64,000 bases of DNA from a bacterium (GTDB lineage Bacteria > Patescibacteriota > Doudnabacteria > UBA920 > 2-01-FULL-46-14). Positions 1 to 9,426 of the stretch are shown one piece after another. Position 1 is the stretch's first letter, and each line of letters starts with the position of its first letter. The notes under the pieces were generated by a model. It worked only from the letters and a program-made list of their open reading frames with translations, did no database searches and was not told the origin of the DNA. The stretch is taken from positions 4,659 to 68,658 of the forward strand of contig JAUYKH010000041.1 of assembly GCA_030700065.1 (NCBI GenBank), given 5' to 3'. Made by a program: the position numbers and the translations under genes.

Positions 1-185
1 ATTTAAAAAATTATTTTGTCATCCTCCCCGAAAACGGCGAAACATTTGATGTCAAAACCCGCTTTGCCAAGTATTTGGAAACTGGCCGGCCGCTTGATGG
101 GGGATTTAGTTATCGCAGCAATAATAATGGTCAATTCTTGACTGCGGAAGAGCTCCAGAAGCTGGTCGAAAATCTTAATTTATGA
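1..185 (+). CDS. 3' end of an upstream gene (partial; C-terminal ~60 aa, stop TGA 183-185), function unknown
   Basis: Open frame from window edge to TGA at 183-185 (..GRPLDGGFSYRSNNNGQFLTAEELQKLVENLNL*), co-directional and 4 nt before the next start. Confidence 0.3.
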   Translation, partial: LKNYFVILPENGETFDVKTRFAKYLETGRPLDGGFSYRSNNNGQFLTAEELQKLVENLNL

Positions 186-189
186 TGCG

Positions 190-1311
190 ATGATCCCATA
201 TAGCCGACAAACAATTGACCAAAGCGATGTCCGGACAGTGCTTTGGGTTTTAAATTCCGAGTATCTTACGCAAGGACCGAAGATTTTGAAGTTCGAAAAA
301 GCCCTCTCCAGAGCCTACGGCGCGCGTTACGCAGTTGCGGTATCAAGCGGCACGGCGGCTCTGCACTTGGCTTATCTGGCGGCAGGTCTCGAGAAGGGGA
401 ATGAGGTAATTACCACTCCGAATACTTTTGCCGCCACTGCGAATATGCTCCTCGCGGTGGGGGCGAAGCCAATCTTTTGCGATATTCGCCAAGACACCTA
501 CAATGTTGACGAAAAGCAGATAGAAAGATTGATCAATAAAAGGACAAAGGCGATAGTGCCGGTTCACTTTGCCGGACAACCTTGCGACATGGATGCTATT
601 TTGCGAATTGCAAGAAAACACAAGCTGATTGTCATTGAGGACGCCTGTCACGCGCTGGGCGCGAGATACAAGAATCGAAAAATAGGCTCTTTAGGTTCGG
701 ATATGAGTGTGTTTAGTTTTCATGCTGTCAAAGCCATTACGACTGGCGAAGGCGGCGCCATTTTGACAGATAACAAAATTTTTTATCAAAAGCTTTTGCT
801 GCAGCGAACCCATGGGATTTCCAAAAATCACCAAGGGAAGAACATAATGACGACCCTCGGCTATAATTACCGGTTGACAGACATACAGGCGGCTCTGGGA
901 ATTTCTCAACTGCAAAAGCTTGATAAGTTTATAAAGATGCGCCGGCAAATATCCACTTGGTATAGGAGTGAACTCAAAGACTTGCAAGCGGTAATTTTGC
1001 CAAAAGAAGTAAAAGGTAACAATTCCGGATGGCATTTGTATGTGATTCTGCTGAAAAATTCGAGCTTGCGCGATTCGCTTTGGTCTTATTTGAGGGGAAA
1101 AGGCATTGGCGCGAATTTTCATTACCCGGCGGTTTACGGCCACCCTTATTATCGAAAAATCGGATATCAAAAAACGAAACTTCCAGTAATGGAGGATTAT
1201 CAACGCTCTTGCCTGACCCTGCCATGCTACCCCGCGCTTTCGCGCCGACAGGTTGGTTTCATCGCCAGGACAATTAAACAGTTTTTCATAAAGCATGGAA
1301 AAGCTCACTGA
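190..1311 (+). CDS. DegT/DnrJ/EryC1/StrS-family PLP-dependent sugar aminotransferase (PseC-like)
   Basis: 373 aa. N-term MIPYSRQTIDQSDV..LTQGPKILKFEKAL and putative PLP-lysine context SFHAVKAITTGEGG are typical of DegT/PseC sugar aminotransferases. Confidence 0.8.
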   Translation: MIPYSRQTIDQSDVRTVLWVLNSEYLTQGPKILKFEKALSRAYGARYAVAVSSGTAALHLAYLAAGLEKGNEVITTPNTFAATANMLLAVGAKPIFCDIRQDTYNVDEKQIERLINKRTKAIVPVHFAGQPCDMDAILRIARKHKLIVIEDACHALGARYKNRKIGSLGSDMSVFSFHAVKAITTGEGGAILTDNKIFYQKLLLQRTHGISKNHQGKNIMTTLGYNYRLTDIQAALGISQLQKLDKFIKMRRQISTWYRSELKDLQAVILPKEVKGNNSGWHLYVILLKNSSLRDSLWSYLRGKGIGANFHYPAVYGHPYYRKIGYQKTKLPVMEDYQRSCLTLPCYPALSRRQVGFIARTIKQFFIKHGKAH

Positions 1312-2311
1312 CGAGTACCCCTACAACAAAAAACATACCCGACATCAAGCCAACCGACTCGCGGAAATTGAGGGTTATCTTTCGGGGTTTTGGAGGCGGC
1401 CCGCTTTGGTTTTGGGTTCCGCGCGAGCGGTAATTTACCACACCGTGAAGCATTTCGGACTTAAACGTCAGGATCACATTCTGGTGCCCGATTTTTTGTG
1501 CCAGTCAATCCTCAATATTTTGAACACCACGAGTTTCCCCGTGAAATACCCGGATGAGCGAACACGAGCTGTGCTGGTTTTTCACCAGTGGGGCTATCCG
1601 CAGAAAATGGATGAGGTGATGGGCGAGGCAAAGAGGCGCGGGTTTATCGTCGTTGAAGATTGCGCGCACGCGTTCGATTCTAAATACAAGGGCCGTTTGG
1701 TGGGAACCTTTGGCGATGCAGCCGTGTTTAGCTTTGCCAAAATGTTTCCGACTTATTTGGGAGGAGTGTTGCTGTCCGAGAATGAGGAGCTAATGAGGCA
1801 TGTTAGTAAGGAGCGGCAGTTGCGCAATAATTTTTCGAATCGTCTGTTCAATTTTTTCGCGTTCAAGATTGCGAAGCGAAGCTTTGAGAAGGGAAAATCA
1901 AGATTTTGGCTCGACCTCATTTACCTCAAGAGCATCCACTATCTAAATGTCGGCAAAAAGGCGTTGGAATTTTTGCCCTCCGACATTACCGCGTTCACGA
2001 GAGGTTTGTCAGCACGCAGAGCAAACTATCTATATCTTCGCGGTGCCATAAGAAGGGAATATCTGATTCCCGATTGGGAGGATGATATTGAAGCTAACCC
2101 AATACTTATGCCGGTATTTTTACCGAGTGAAAAGTTGCCCGCGGCCAGCCAGACGCTTCTCAAGGCGGGGATACTGGCGGAAGTTTTGCATTTTGACGTG
2201 AATCGCAATGTTTTTGCGGCAAATTACCGGAAGTGCTTGGCCATCCCTTGTCATCAGGAAATTGAAAAAGAGCAGCTTTCCTTAATTGCAGAAACAATTA
2301 ACCGCATTTGA
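1295..2311 (+). CDS. Divergent DegT-like aminotransferase-fold protein (paralog A)
   Basis: 338 aa. ILVPDFL..RTRAVLVFHQWGYPQKMDEVM..VVEDCAHAF..FSFAKMFP has the DegT core pattern (ViEDcAha, SF-K lysine). Clearly paralogous to 3046-4044. Confidence 0.5.
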   Translation: MEKLTDEYPYNKKHTRHQANRLAEIEGYLSGFWRRPALVLGSARAVIYHTVKHFGLKRQDHILVPDFLCQSILNILNTTSFPVKYPDERTRAVLVFHQWGYPQKMDEVMGEAKRRGFIVVEDCAHAFDSKYKGRLVGTFGDAAVFSFAKMFPTYLGGVLLSENEELMRHVSKERQLRNNFSNRLFNFFAFKIAKRSFEKGKSRFWLDLIYLKSIHYLNVGKKALEFLPSDITAFTRGLSARRANYLYLRGAIRREYLIPDWEDDIEANPILMPVFLPSEKLPAASQTLLKAGILAEVLHFDVNRNVFAANYRKCLAIPCHQEIEKEQLSLIAETINRI

Positions 2312-3049
2312 ATGGGCAATATTCAATTTTTCAATGAGTTAGCTCGCCGGAAGATTTTGTCCAATGCACGGATGGCCTCGCTGGATTTTGGCGTCTATGA
2401 TCGGACCTTTGCTGATATCGATCGAAAAATTGAATTTCTGCCGGGCGATGTGGTTTTGGATTTGGGCGGAGGGACAGGGCAGATTTCGGGTTTGATCGCC
2501 GGAAAGGCAGGTCGCGTCGTTCTCGCGGACGGGGCCGGGGAAGCACTTCGGGCCGCGCGCGAAATTTTAGCCGATTTGCCGAACCTGTCTTTCGTACACT
2601 TGAATATAGAGCAAAGTCCGTTGGTTTTTGCAAACTCTGCTTTCGATAAGATTATATGTTATAGCGTCGTACATTATTTAAAGGATCAAAGCAGTTTCGC
2701 GGCGCTCATCTCCGAAATGCTAAGGATCGTTAAATCTGAAGGCAAGATTTTTATCGGTGATATTCCGCTTTCCGATAAAGGAAAGCGCTATCTTGACGAA
2801 CGAAAGAAGCATTTTTTTCAAAACTTGTTGGGGAACTTGAAATATTATTTTAGGAAATTTTTGACCGCGTTTTTTTACCGCCTGAAAGGAATTCGCGACA
2901 CACAAGTTTCGGGCGTGGTTTATTCGAAGGACGGTATGGAAGAAGTGCTTAGCCGTATCGGGGGTATAAACTATCGCTTCCTCGAACAGGATGCCTCGCT
3001 TCCCTTCGCCAATTCACGTGAAGATTTGTTGATTATCAAAAAACAATGA
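2312..3049 (+). CDS. Class I SAM-dependent methyltransferase
   Basis: 245 aa with motif I VLDLGGGTGQISGLIA and downstream acidic/hydrophobic methyltransferase motifs. Confidence 0.6.
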   Translation: MGNIQFFNELARRKILSNARMASLDFGVYDRTFADIDRKIEFLPGDVVLDLGGGTGQISGLIAGKAGRVVLADGAGEALRAAREILADLPNLSFVHLNIEQSPLVFANSAFDKIICYSVVHYLKDQSSFAALISEMLRIVKSEGKIFIGDIPLSDKGKRYLDERKKHFFQNLLGNLKYYFRKFLTAFFYRLKGIRDTQVSGVVYSKDGMEEVLSRIGGINYRFLEQDASLPFANSREDLLIIKKQ

Positions 3050-4044
3050 TTTATGAGGTGGAACAACCTAATTTTTTGGATCTTTTGGGCTTTGCGAGGC
3101 CGCGACCCAACAACCCCGATCTCCTAAAGGGGATTACTCTTGTCGGGTCAGGGAAAGGCGCCTTGGCTTTGGTCTTGAGGCACTTGAAAGAACGAGGGGT
3201 TATCAGAAACAAATTGGACGAGATACTTGTTCCAGATTGGCTGGGGTATTGGGTGTATAACCAAATTCAACCCTACGCTTTTCCGGCCAAGCGTTTGTCA
3301 GATCGCACGCGGGCGATATTGGTGTATCATCAATACGGTTTTCCGCAGGACATGGACAAAATAATGGCAACAGCTAGAGAAAAAAATTTGGTCGTCATTG
3401 AAGATTGCGCGCATGCGGTTTTTTCCCATTACCGGGGAAGGCGTTTGGGCTTCATTGGCGATTATTCGATATTTAGCTTTTCCAAGTGGGCGTTTTGTTA
3501 CGCCCTCGGCGGAGTACGGGGAAATGATGAATTTGAGGAATTTGCCAAAGAGGCAATAGGGAATACCGCCTTCGGATTGACAATGTTCAAGGATAGCGCG
3601 AAATGGTTTTATGAAAAAAGCAGACACTCCAAATATGCGAATTATTTGATTCAGATGTCTTATGCCCTCTATGGGCAGGCCCTCAAACCGGGGGCAGCCG
3701 CAGTCCGCCTTTTGAAGGCCAAACTGGAAGCGGAGATTAATTTGCGGCAAAAACGCTACCAGGAGTTCCGTCGAGCAACCGATTCGTCAGGTCTGTGCGA
3801 CCGTTTGGAAAAGGATGGGGTAACGCCTTATGTCATCCCGATACGAGTAAGGTTGGATCGGCAGGAATCCGTCGTCAGCGCGTTGGCCGTAGCCGGCATA
3901 GAATCCGGGATTTATCAATTTGACGCAAACCGCAATTTATTGGCGCCAAATTATATCTCGACCGTTTGGATTCCCTGCCACGGTGGAATATCGGAAAATG
4001 CATTTGCACAAATCATTGAAATTGTAAAAAAAAACAATGAATGA
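3046..4044 (+). CDS. Divergent DegT-like aminotransferase-fold protein (paralog B)
   Basis: 332 aa. ILVPDWL..RTRAILVYHQYGFPQDMDKIM..VIEDCAHAV..FSFSKWAF is collinear with paralog A. Confidence 0.5.
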   Translation: MIYEVEQPNFLDLLGFARPRPNNPDLLKGITLVGSGKGALALVLRHLKERGVIRNKLDEILVPDWLGYWVYNQIQPYAFPAKRLSDRTRAILVYHQYGFPQDMDKIMATAREKNLVVIEDCAHAVFSHYRGRRLGFIGDYSIFSFSKWAFCYALGGVRGNDEFEEFAKEAIGNTAFGLTMFKDSAKWFYEKSRHSKYANYLIQMSYALYGQALKPGAAAVRLLKAKLEAEINLRQKRYQEFRRATDSSGLCDRLEKDGVTPYVIPIRVRLDRQESVVSALAVAGIESGIYQFDANRNLLAPNYISTVWIPCHGGISENAFAQIIEIVKKNNE

Positions 4045-5080
4045 TTTTCGGACAATTTCAATCGAAACTAGCCCGCAGGAGTTCACTGATGTATGGGTGA
4101 AGTTCCAGGCTACGCACGAAACAAGTCCTTACTATCTGCCCACGACCTTGGAATATTTTCGCGCCTACTCCGGGAAGCGTCTTGCGGCAGAACGAAGTTT
4201 TGTCGTGGTTAGGGGGGATGAACCGGTGGCATTAGCCTTCGTTCCGATTGAAGAGGTGAAGGGGAAAAGGAGCATCAGCATCGGACAATATTTTACCCTT
4301 GCTCCTCTCTGGGAGCCTCTAAAAAATCTTTTGGGTTTTGTTATGGCTGAAATTGACCGTATCGCGACAGAAACTAAAGCCGCGAAAGCAATGTTTCGCA
4401 TCGACCTTTTGCAGCACAAACAATATCCCTATAATTTTTTATTGAACTACGATTATTTAAACACCTCACTTTTGGGATATTTGGTTGACTGTGGGAGTCC
4501 GTCCTGGCGGCGCAACCACGAGCGCGCGATTCGAAAAATTTCTTCTAATCCCGATTATTCAGTTTATATTATGGATCAAACCAATAAAGACTATGTTGTT
4601 CACGAACATTACCGCCAATTGCATCACAAAGCCGCAGGCAAGGTAACTCGGAGCAAGGAAAGTTTTGATTTGCAGTATCGGATGCTTGAAGAAGGAAATG
4701 CGATTTTGGTTGGCCTTAAACACAAAGATCGATTTATTGCGTTTACTTACTTTATGTTTTATAAAAACGGCGCTATCTCTTTTTCTGCCGCAGATGATCC
4801 CGAATATAACGAGTTGCCATTGTATCACATTATCAATGCCGAAGGATTAAAGTATTTGCAAAAGCATGGGGTTTTAGAAATGGACATGGGTCAGCCGCTT
4901 AATATCTCAAACCAGCCCTTTAATTTTCCCGATCAAAAACAGAAAAATATCACGCTTTTCAAAACCGGCTTCGAGGGGCGGTTTATGAATGAATTTCGCG
5001 CAATTAAGTATTTCACCAAAGAAACGTTTTTAGAGGACCAGCAAAATTTTTCCAAAAGGTATCAAGAGGCATTGTCATGA
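4037..5080 (+). CDS. FemAB/BioF2-like GNAT-fold acyltransferase (putative)
   Basis: 347 aa, about twice GNAT length. The C-terminal half (ILVGLKHKDRFIAFTYFMFYKNGAISFSAADDPEY) resembles the Acetyltransf_6/FemAB family. Call made by pattern only. Confidence 0.4.
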   Translation: MNDFRTISIETSPQEFTDVWVKFQATHETSPYYLPTTLEYFRAYSGKRLAAERSFVVVRGDEPVALAFVPIEEVKGKRSISIGQYFTLAPLWEPLKNLLGFVMAEIDRIATETKAAKAMFRIDLLQHKQYPYNFLLNYDYLNTSLLGYLVDCGSPSWRRNHERAIRKISSNPDYSVYIMDQTNKDYVVHEHYRQLHHKAAGKVTRSKESFDLQYRMLEEGNAILVGLKHKDRFIAFTYFMFYKNGAISFSAADDPEYNELPLYHIINAEGLKYLQKHGVLEMDMGQPLNISNQPFNFPDQKQKNITLFKTGFEGRFMNEFRAIKYFTKETFLEDQQNFSKRYQEALS

Positions 5081-6024
5081 ACAAAAATACCCCAATTTTA
5101 ATAATAGGTTTTGGTTCAATCGGGCGCAGGCACTACGCGAATTTGTTGAAACTAGGTTATAAGAATGTCTGGGTTTATGATATTAATCAGAGACGAATTA
5201 AGAATTACGAATTAAGAATTACGAAATTGAGTAAGTCGAACCTGCAAAATTTCAAAATAGTATTTGTCTGTTCGCCGAACCACCTGCATTTAAAACATGC
5301 CCTCGCGGCCGTAAAGGCCGGATGTGATCTGTTCATTGAAAAACCGCTGTCGCATAATTTGAAAGGGGTTGCGTGGTTAAGCAAACTGGCACGGAAAAAT
5401 AGGTTAATCAATATGGTTGCGTGTAATATGCGTTTTCATCCGGCTCTCGAGTTTGTCAAAAAATGTTTACAAACTCGAAAACTTGGGAAAATTTATAGCA
5501 TAGCTCACGAATGCGGGCATTATTTACCATTTTGGCGAAAGGCAGAGGATTATCGAAAAAATTACGCAGCCAAAAAATCAACCGGCGGGGGAATTATTCT
5601 GGATGACGTTCACGAATTCGATCTGCTTTTCTGGCTAAACAACTTTTCAGCAGTGAAAAAACGATTTTTGATTTTTGATCACATTTCAGATTTGCGGATT
5701 GAAACCGAGGACATGAGTTTGGCTGGTTACGAGTTTGATAATAAAGTTTTTGGTTTGGTAAAGAGCGATTACCTGCAGAAGTATTACAGTCGAAGCGTAA
5801 AAATTGTCGGTGAAAAAGGTAACTTGATTTGGGATTACAAGGAAAATATCGTTTGGTTTGCTGACGAAAAAAGAAAAAACAAGTTATTGACAATCAAGAA
5901 TTACGATTCAAACGAGATGTATGTCCGCGAGCTAGAATATTTTTTGAACAGCGTACGTACTCGAAAAAAAACCGAAAACGATATAGCCCATGCCCGCACA
6001 GTCCTTAAAAATTGTTTGCCATGA
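5077..6024 (+). CDS. Gfo/Idh/MocA-family NAD(P)-dependent oxidoreductase
   Basis: N-terminal Rossmann ILIIGFGSIGRRHYANL and VFVCSPNHLHLKHALAAVKAGCDLFIEKPL pattern. Confidence 0.6.
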   Translation: MNKNTPILIIGFGSIGRRHYANLLKLGYKNVWVYDINQRRIKNYELRITKLSKSNLQNFKIVFVCSPNHLHLKHALAAVKAGCDLFIEKPLSHNLKGVAWLSKLARKNRLINMVACNMRFHPALEFVKKCLQTRKLGKIYSIAHECGHYLPFWRKAEDYRKNYAAKKSTGGGIILDDVHEFDLLFWLNNFSAVKKRFLIFDHISDLRIETEDMSLAGYEFDNKVFGLVKSDYLQKYYSRSVKIVGEKGNLIWDYKENIVWFADEKRKNKLLTIKNYDSNEMYVRELEYFLNSVRTRKKTENDIAHARTVLKNCLP

Positions 6025-6770
6025 CTAAAACACTTTGTATAATCCAAGCCAGAATGAGTTCCACGCGGCTGCCCGGTAAGGTTTTGAAAGAAGTTAGCGG
6101 GGCAAGTCTTATTGAACATGAAATTCGCAAGCTCAAAATGGCTCGTTTGATTGATAAAATTGTCCTGGCCACGACCACTGGTTCAGAAGACGACAGGCTG
6201 GTGGGTGCGTGCCGCCGGCTGGAAATTGATTGTTTTCGCGGCAGCAAAGATGACGTTTTGGGTAGGTACCTTAAATGTGCGAAGCAGTTTCCAGAGTATG
6301 ACGTAATCATTCGGGCCACTGGCGACTGCCCCCTTATCGATCCTGGTGTCGCAGATAATACAATATTTTTTTTCAAAAGCAATAATTACGATTATGTGAG
6401 CAATTCTAACCCACCGACTTTCCCAGATGGAATGGATATCGAAGTTTTTAGCAGGCAATCTCTTGAAAAAGCCGACCGCGAGGCACAGAAGACGGCCGAG
6501 CGAGAACACGTGACTCTCTATATCAGAGAAAGCGGAAAATTTAAAATCGGCAACTTTATCGGGGATAAAGATTATTCCAAGTACCGCTTGACGGTCGACA
6601 ATCCCGAGGATTTTGAAGTTATAAAGGCTGTGATTGAGAATTTCAACCCCGATTCGACCTTTCTGGATTATATTGATTTTCTTGAAGGGCATCCGGACAT
6701 CATGGCCAAGAACATGTCCATTAAAAGAAATGAGGGCTTAATCAAATCGTTAAATAAAGAGAAAATATGA
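6012..6770 (+). CDS. Cytidylyltransferase (SpsF / acylneuraminate cytidylyltransferase-like, CTP_transf_3)
   Basis: MTKTLCIIQARMSSTRLPGKVLKEVSGASLI..ATGDCPLIDP is the classic SpsF/PseF-type N-terminus. Confidence 0.65.
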   Translation: MFAMTKTLCIIQARMSSTRLPGKVLKEVSGASLIEHEIRKLKMARLIDKIVLATTTGSEDDRLVGACRRLEIDCFRGSKDDVLGRYLKCAKQFPEYDVIIRATGDCPLIDPGVADNTIFFFKSNNYDYVSNSNPPTFPDGMDIEVFSRQSLEKADREAQKTAEREHVTLYIRESGKFKIGNFIGDKDYSKYRLTVDNPEDFEVIKAVIENFNPDSTFLDYIDFLEGHPDIMAKNMSIKRNEGLIKSLNKEKI

Positions 6771-8053
6771 AGCGATTCAAGAAAAGCAATAAATTTTTCA
6801 AAAAAGTCAGCCGAGTGATTCCACTTGCGTCTCAAACCTTTAGTAAGAGTTATTTGCAGTTTATCAAGGGGCAAGCGCCTCTGTTCTTGGAGCGCGGGGC
6901 GGGAGCGCGAGTTTGGGATATTGATGGCCATGAGTATATAGATTTTATCAACGGGCTTTTGTCAGTAATTTTGGGTTATCGCTACCCGGCAGTGGACAAA
7001 GCGATTAAAAAGCAGTTGGAACGCGGAATCAGTTTATCCCTTTCCTCGCCCTTGGAATACGAACTGGCCGAGCTTCTAAAAAAACATATCCCATGTGCGG
7101 AAATGGTGCGTTTTGGGAAAAATGGTTCAGATGTAACGAGTGGCGCCGTCCGGTTGGCCCGGGCGGTCACAAAGCGCGACCACATTATAGTTTGTGGTTA
7201 TCACGGGTGGCATGATTGGTATATCGGTTCGACCACGAGACATTTGGGAGTTCCAGAGAGCACTCGGAAGCTTACCCATAAGTTTGTCTATAATAATATT
7301 GACTCACTTGAAAAAATATTGAAGAGATACAAAGGCCAGGTTGCGGCAGTGATCATGGAGCCGATGAGCTATGAAGAACCAAAAGATAACTTCTTGCAAA
7401 AGGTAAAAAAAATCACGCATGAGCATGGGGCTTTGCTTATTTTTGACGAGGTCATCACTGGTTTTCACTTCAGTCTAGGGGGAGCTCAAAAATATTATGG
7501 CGTCACTCCGGATTTGGCCGCCTTTGGCAAGGCCATGGCCAATGGTATGCCGATCGCCGCTTTGGTGGGGCGGCGCAAATACATGCAAAAAGTCGGAGAC
7601 ATATTCTACTCATTTACGTTCGGCGGGGAAGCGCTATCTTTGGCCGCAGCCATTGCCACAATTAAGGAAATGGAGCGTCGAAATGTGATCGGGTATCTTT
7701 GGCGCCTCGGGAAATACTTGCAGGACAACACCAGGGGACTGCTTGCAAAATATGGTCTGGACGTCATCATCAAGGTTGAAGGAAAGCCCTTTTGGCAGGT
7801 GTTTATTATCTCCCAGCATAAAAAATACTCTGGCTTAGAGATTAAAAGCTTCATTCAGCAAGAAGTCTTACAGGCGGGTTTCTTGTGGTATGGACAGCAT
7901 AATATGAGCTTTAGTCATACTCGCCGTGATATTGATAAGCTTTTGGTTGCGTATGATGATATTTTTGGCCGATTGAAAGAATATCTGGAAAGCGACAAGT
8001 TGAGAAGACATCTGAAGGGGAAGCCTATTACGAATATTTTTAAAGTAAGATGA
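6767..8053 (+). CDS. Class III (GSA-aminomutase-like) PLP aminotransferase
   Basis: 428 aa: GKNGSDVTSGAVRLARA..FDEVITGFHF..AAFGKAMANGMPIAALVG is the HemL-like aminotransferase class-III pattern often paired with SpsF-type genes. Confidence 0.7.
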   Translation: MKRFKKSNKFFKKVSRVIPLASQTFSKSYLQFIKGQAPLFLERGAGARVWDIDGHEYIDFINGLLSVILGYRYPAVDKAIKKQLERGISLSLSSPLEYELAELLKKHIPCAEMVRFGKNGSDVTSGAVRLARAVTKRDHIIVCGYHGWHDWYIGSTTRHLGVPESTRKLTHKFVYNNIDSLEKILKRYKGQVAAVIMEPMSYEEPKDNFLQKVKKITHEHGALLIFDEVITGFHFSLGGAQKYYGVTPDLAAFGKAMANGMPIAALVGRRKYMQKVGDIFYSFTFGGEALSLAAAIATIKEMERRNVIGYLWRLGKYLQDNTRGLLAKYGLDVIIKVEGKPFWQVFIISQHKKYSGLEIKSFIQQEVLQAGFLWYGQHNMSFSHTRRDIDKLLVAYDDIFGRLKEYLESDKLRRHLKGKPITNIFKVR

Positions 8054-8670
8054 AAAATTTACAAGGAAAAGTTATTGTTTTCATTCTGGGCGGGTGGATA
8101 AAAAAAGAGCCGGATGGAACCTGGCATACAGTGGAGTTCGAGGAAGACGCGGAAGAAGTCAGTGGTTTTGGGGGCCGATTGCGGGTTCTGGCTGCGAAGT
8201 ACCTTCTAGACGAGCATCCGGATTATTGGGTCGTGCCTTCGGGTAGTAAAGGGAAATTTGAAAAAATTGAGGATGCACCGACCCTGGCAGAATTAATGAA
8301 AAAGGAGCTTATACAGCTTGGGGTAGGTGAGGCAAAAATCATCAAGGAGGAGAAGGCGGGAACGACTCATCAGGAATTGCAGGAACTTAAAAAAATAGTG
8401 CGCGAATTTGGAGTCAAAAAAGCAATTGTTTTGTCTAATCGCTATCATTTGGCCAGGGTAGAAGCATTTGTCGAAAAAGATGTGGAGTTAAGAGAGCTTG
8501 TTCAACGAAGTATCCTTGAATTTCAGGAGGCAGAAGAGGTGGTATTGAGGCATGACGAGGCATGGGGTCAGAGGATAAAGGATGCCTATGAAAGTGAAAA
8601 AATGAAATCGATTATTGCTAGTGAAAACGAGGGTATAGAGCAGATAAAAAACAGCACTTATAAATACTAA
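8050..8670 (+). CDS. DUF218 (YdcF/SanA-like) domain protein
   Basis: ILGGW..GGRLRVLAAKYLL..VVPSGSKG..APTLAELMKKELIQLGV..AGTTHQELQEL..KKAIVLSNRYHLAR matches the DUF218 motif arrangement. Confidence 0.45.
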   Translation: MKNLQGKVIVFILGGWIKKEPDGTWHTVEFEEDAEEVSGFGGRLRVLAAKYLLDEHPDYWVVPSGSKGKFEKIEDAPTLAELMKKELIQLGVGEAKIIKEEKAGTTHQELQELKKIVREFGVKKAIVLSNRYHLARVEAFVEKDVELRELVQRSILEFQEAEEVVLRHDEAWGQRIKDAYESEKMKSIIASENEGIEQIKNSTYKY

Positions 8671-8676
8671 TCTGTT

Positions 8677-9426
8677 ATGAACAGTCAGGCTAAAAATTTA
8701 CTAATTATTTTCGGAACCTCTGGCGGATTAGGTCGGGCAATTTATGATCATGCCGCGCAATTTCCCGAGAATGATTTTTTGGTCGTAAATCGGAAGGCAT
8801 TGAAGCTTGATCACAAAAATACGGTTTCGGTCCAATTAGATTTGTCCAAAATTTTATCCGCAAGCGAACTGGCTGAATTATTTAGGAAGATTAAGGTTGA
8901 CGGTTACAATAATATTTTTCTGATTAACAACGCGGGGACGATACAGCCGATCAAGCCCCTGGGCCGAATCCAGCACGAAGATATCTTTAAAGCATCTTAT
9001 GTTAATTATTTAAATTACGCGGCAATTATTAACGCGTTTATCAAGTCGTTTGGCAAACTCCCTGGGCAAAAGAGGGTTGTGAATATTACTTCCGGCTCTG
9101 CCGTGTCTCCGCAGTATGGGATTTCGTTATATTGCAGTGCCAAGGCCGCCCTGGAAATGTTGACCATGAGCGTTTACAAGGAACAAGAAATTTTACACGA
9201 GATCAAAATTATGGCGATAAGACCCGGTGCGATGAATACTGCCATGCAGCAGTCAATCAGACAGAGCTCCGCAGAGGACTTTAAGGCGGTTGCACACAGC
9301 AAACAACTATTTGAAGATGACAGGCTGTGTCCGCCAGAAGACGTAGCAAAACGTATTTACAAAGTTTTGTTTGACGATAAGTATTGGTCAAAACCAATTT
9401 TAGAGATAAGCGAGGTAACATTATGA
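8677..9426 (+). CDS. Short-chain dehydrogenase/reductase (SDR)
   Basis: FGTSGGLGRAI Rossmann, NNAG, and catalytic YCSAKAAL (YxxxK). Confidence 0.65.
   Translation: MNSQAKNLLIIFGTSGGLGRAIYDHAAQFPENDFLVVNRKALKLDHKNTVSVQLDLSKILSASELAELFRKIKVDGYNNIFLINNAGTIQPIKPLGRIQHEDIFKASYVNYLNYAAIINAFIKSFGKLPGQKRVVNITSGSAVSPQYGISLYCSAKAALEMLTMSVYKEQEILHEIKIMAIRPGAMNTAMQQSIRQSSAEDFKAVAHSKQLFEDDRLCPPEDVAKRIYKVLFDDKYWSKPILEISEVTL

Noticed and set aside
691-1308. Antisense ORF 691-1308 (205 aa), and similar antisense/shadow ORFs throughout the window
   Set aside because: They lie fully within well-supported sense genes with recognisable domains, have low-complexity or Arg/Ser/Pro-rich translations, and have no independent start context. 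They are treated as shadow ORFs. Examples: 3298-3750, 6183-6692, 13422-13949, 20098-20616, 24808-25332, 32231-32998, 35067-35591, 42665-43261, 43345-43950, 52563-53021, 53055-53651, 53818-54333.
5195-5236. Tandem 14-nt repeat GAATTAAGAATTAC x2 (+ partial third) inside the Gfo/Idh/MocA gene
   Set aside because: The 28 nt are not a multiple of 3, yet the frame on both sides matches the family pattern (..VWVYDIN...VFVCSPNHLH..). It is therefore not a recent in-frame duplication or frameshift, and is likely chance low-complexity AT sequence. Only worth a glance at read support.
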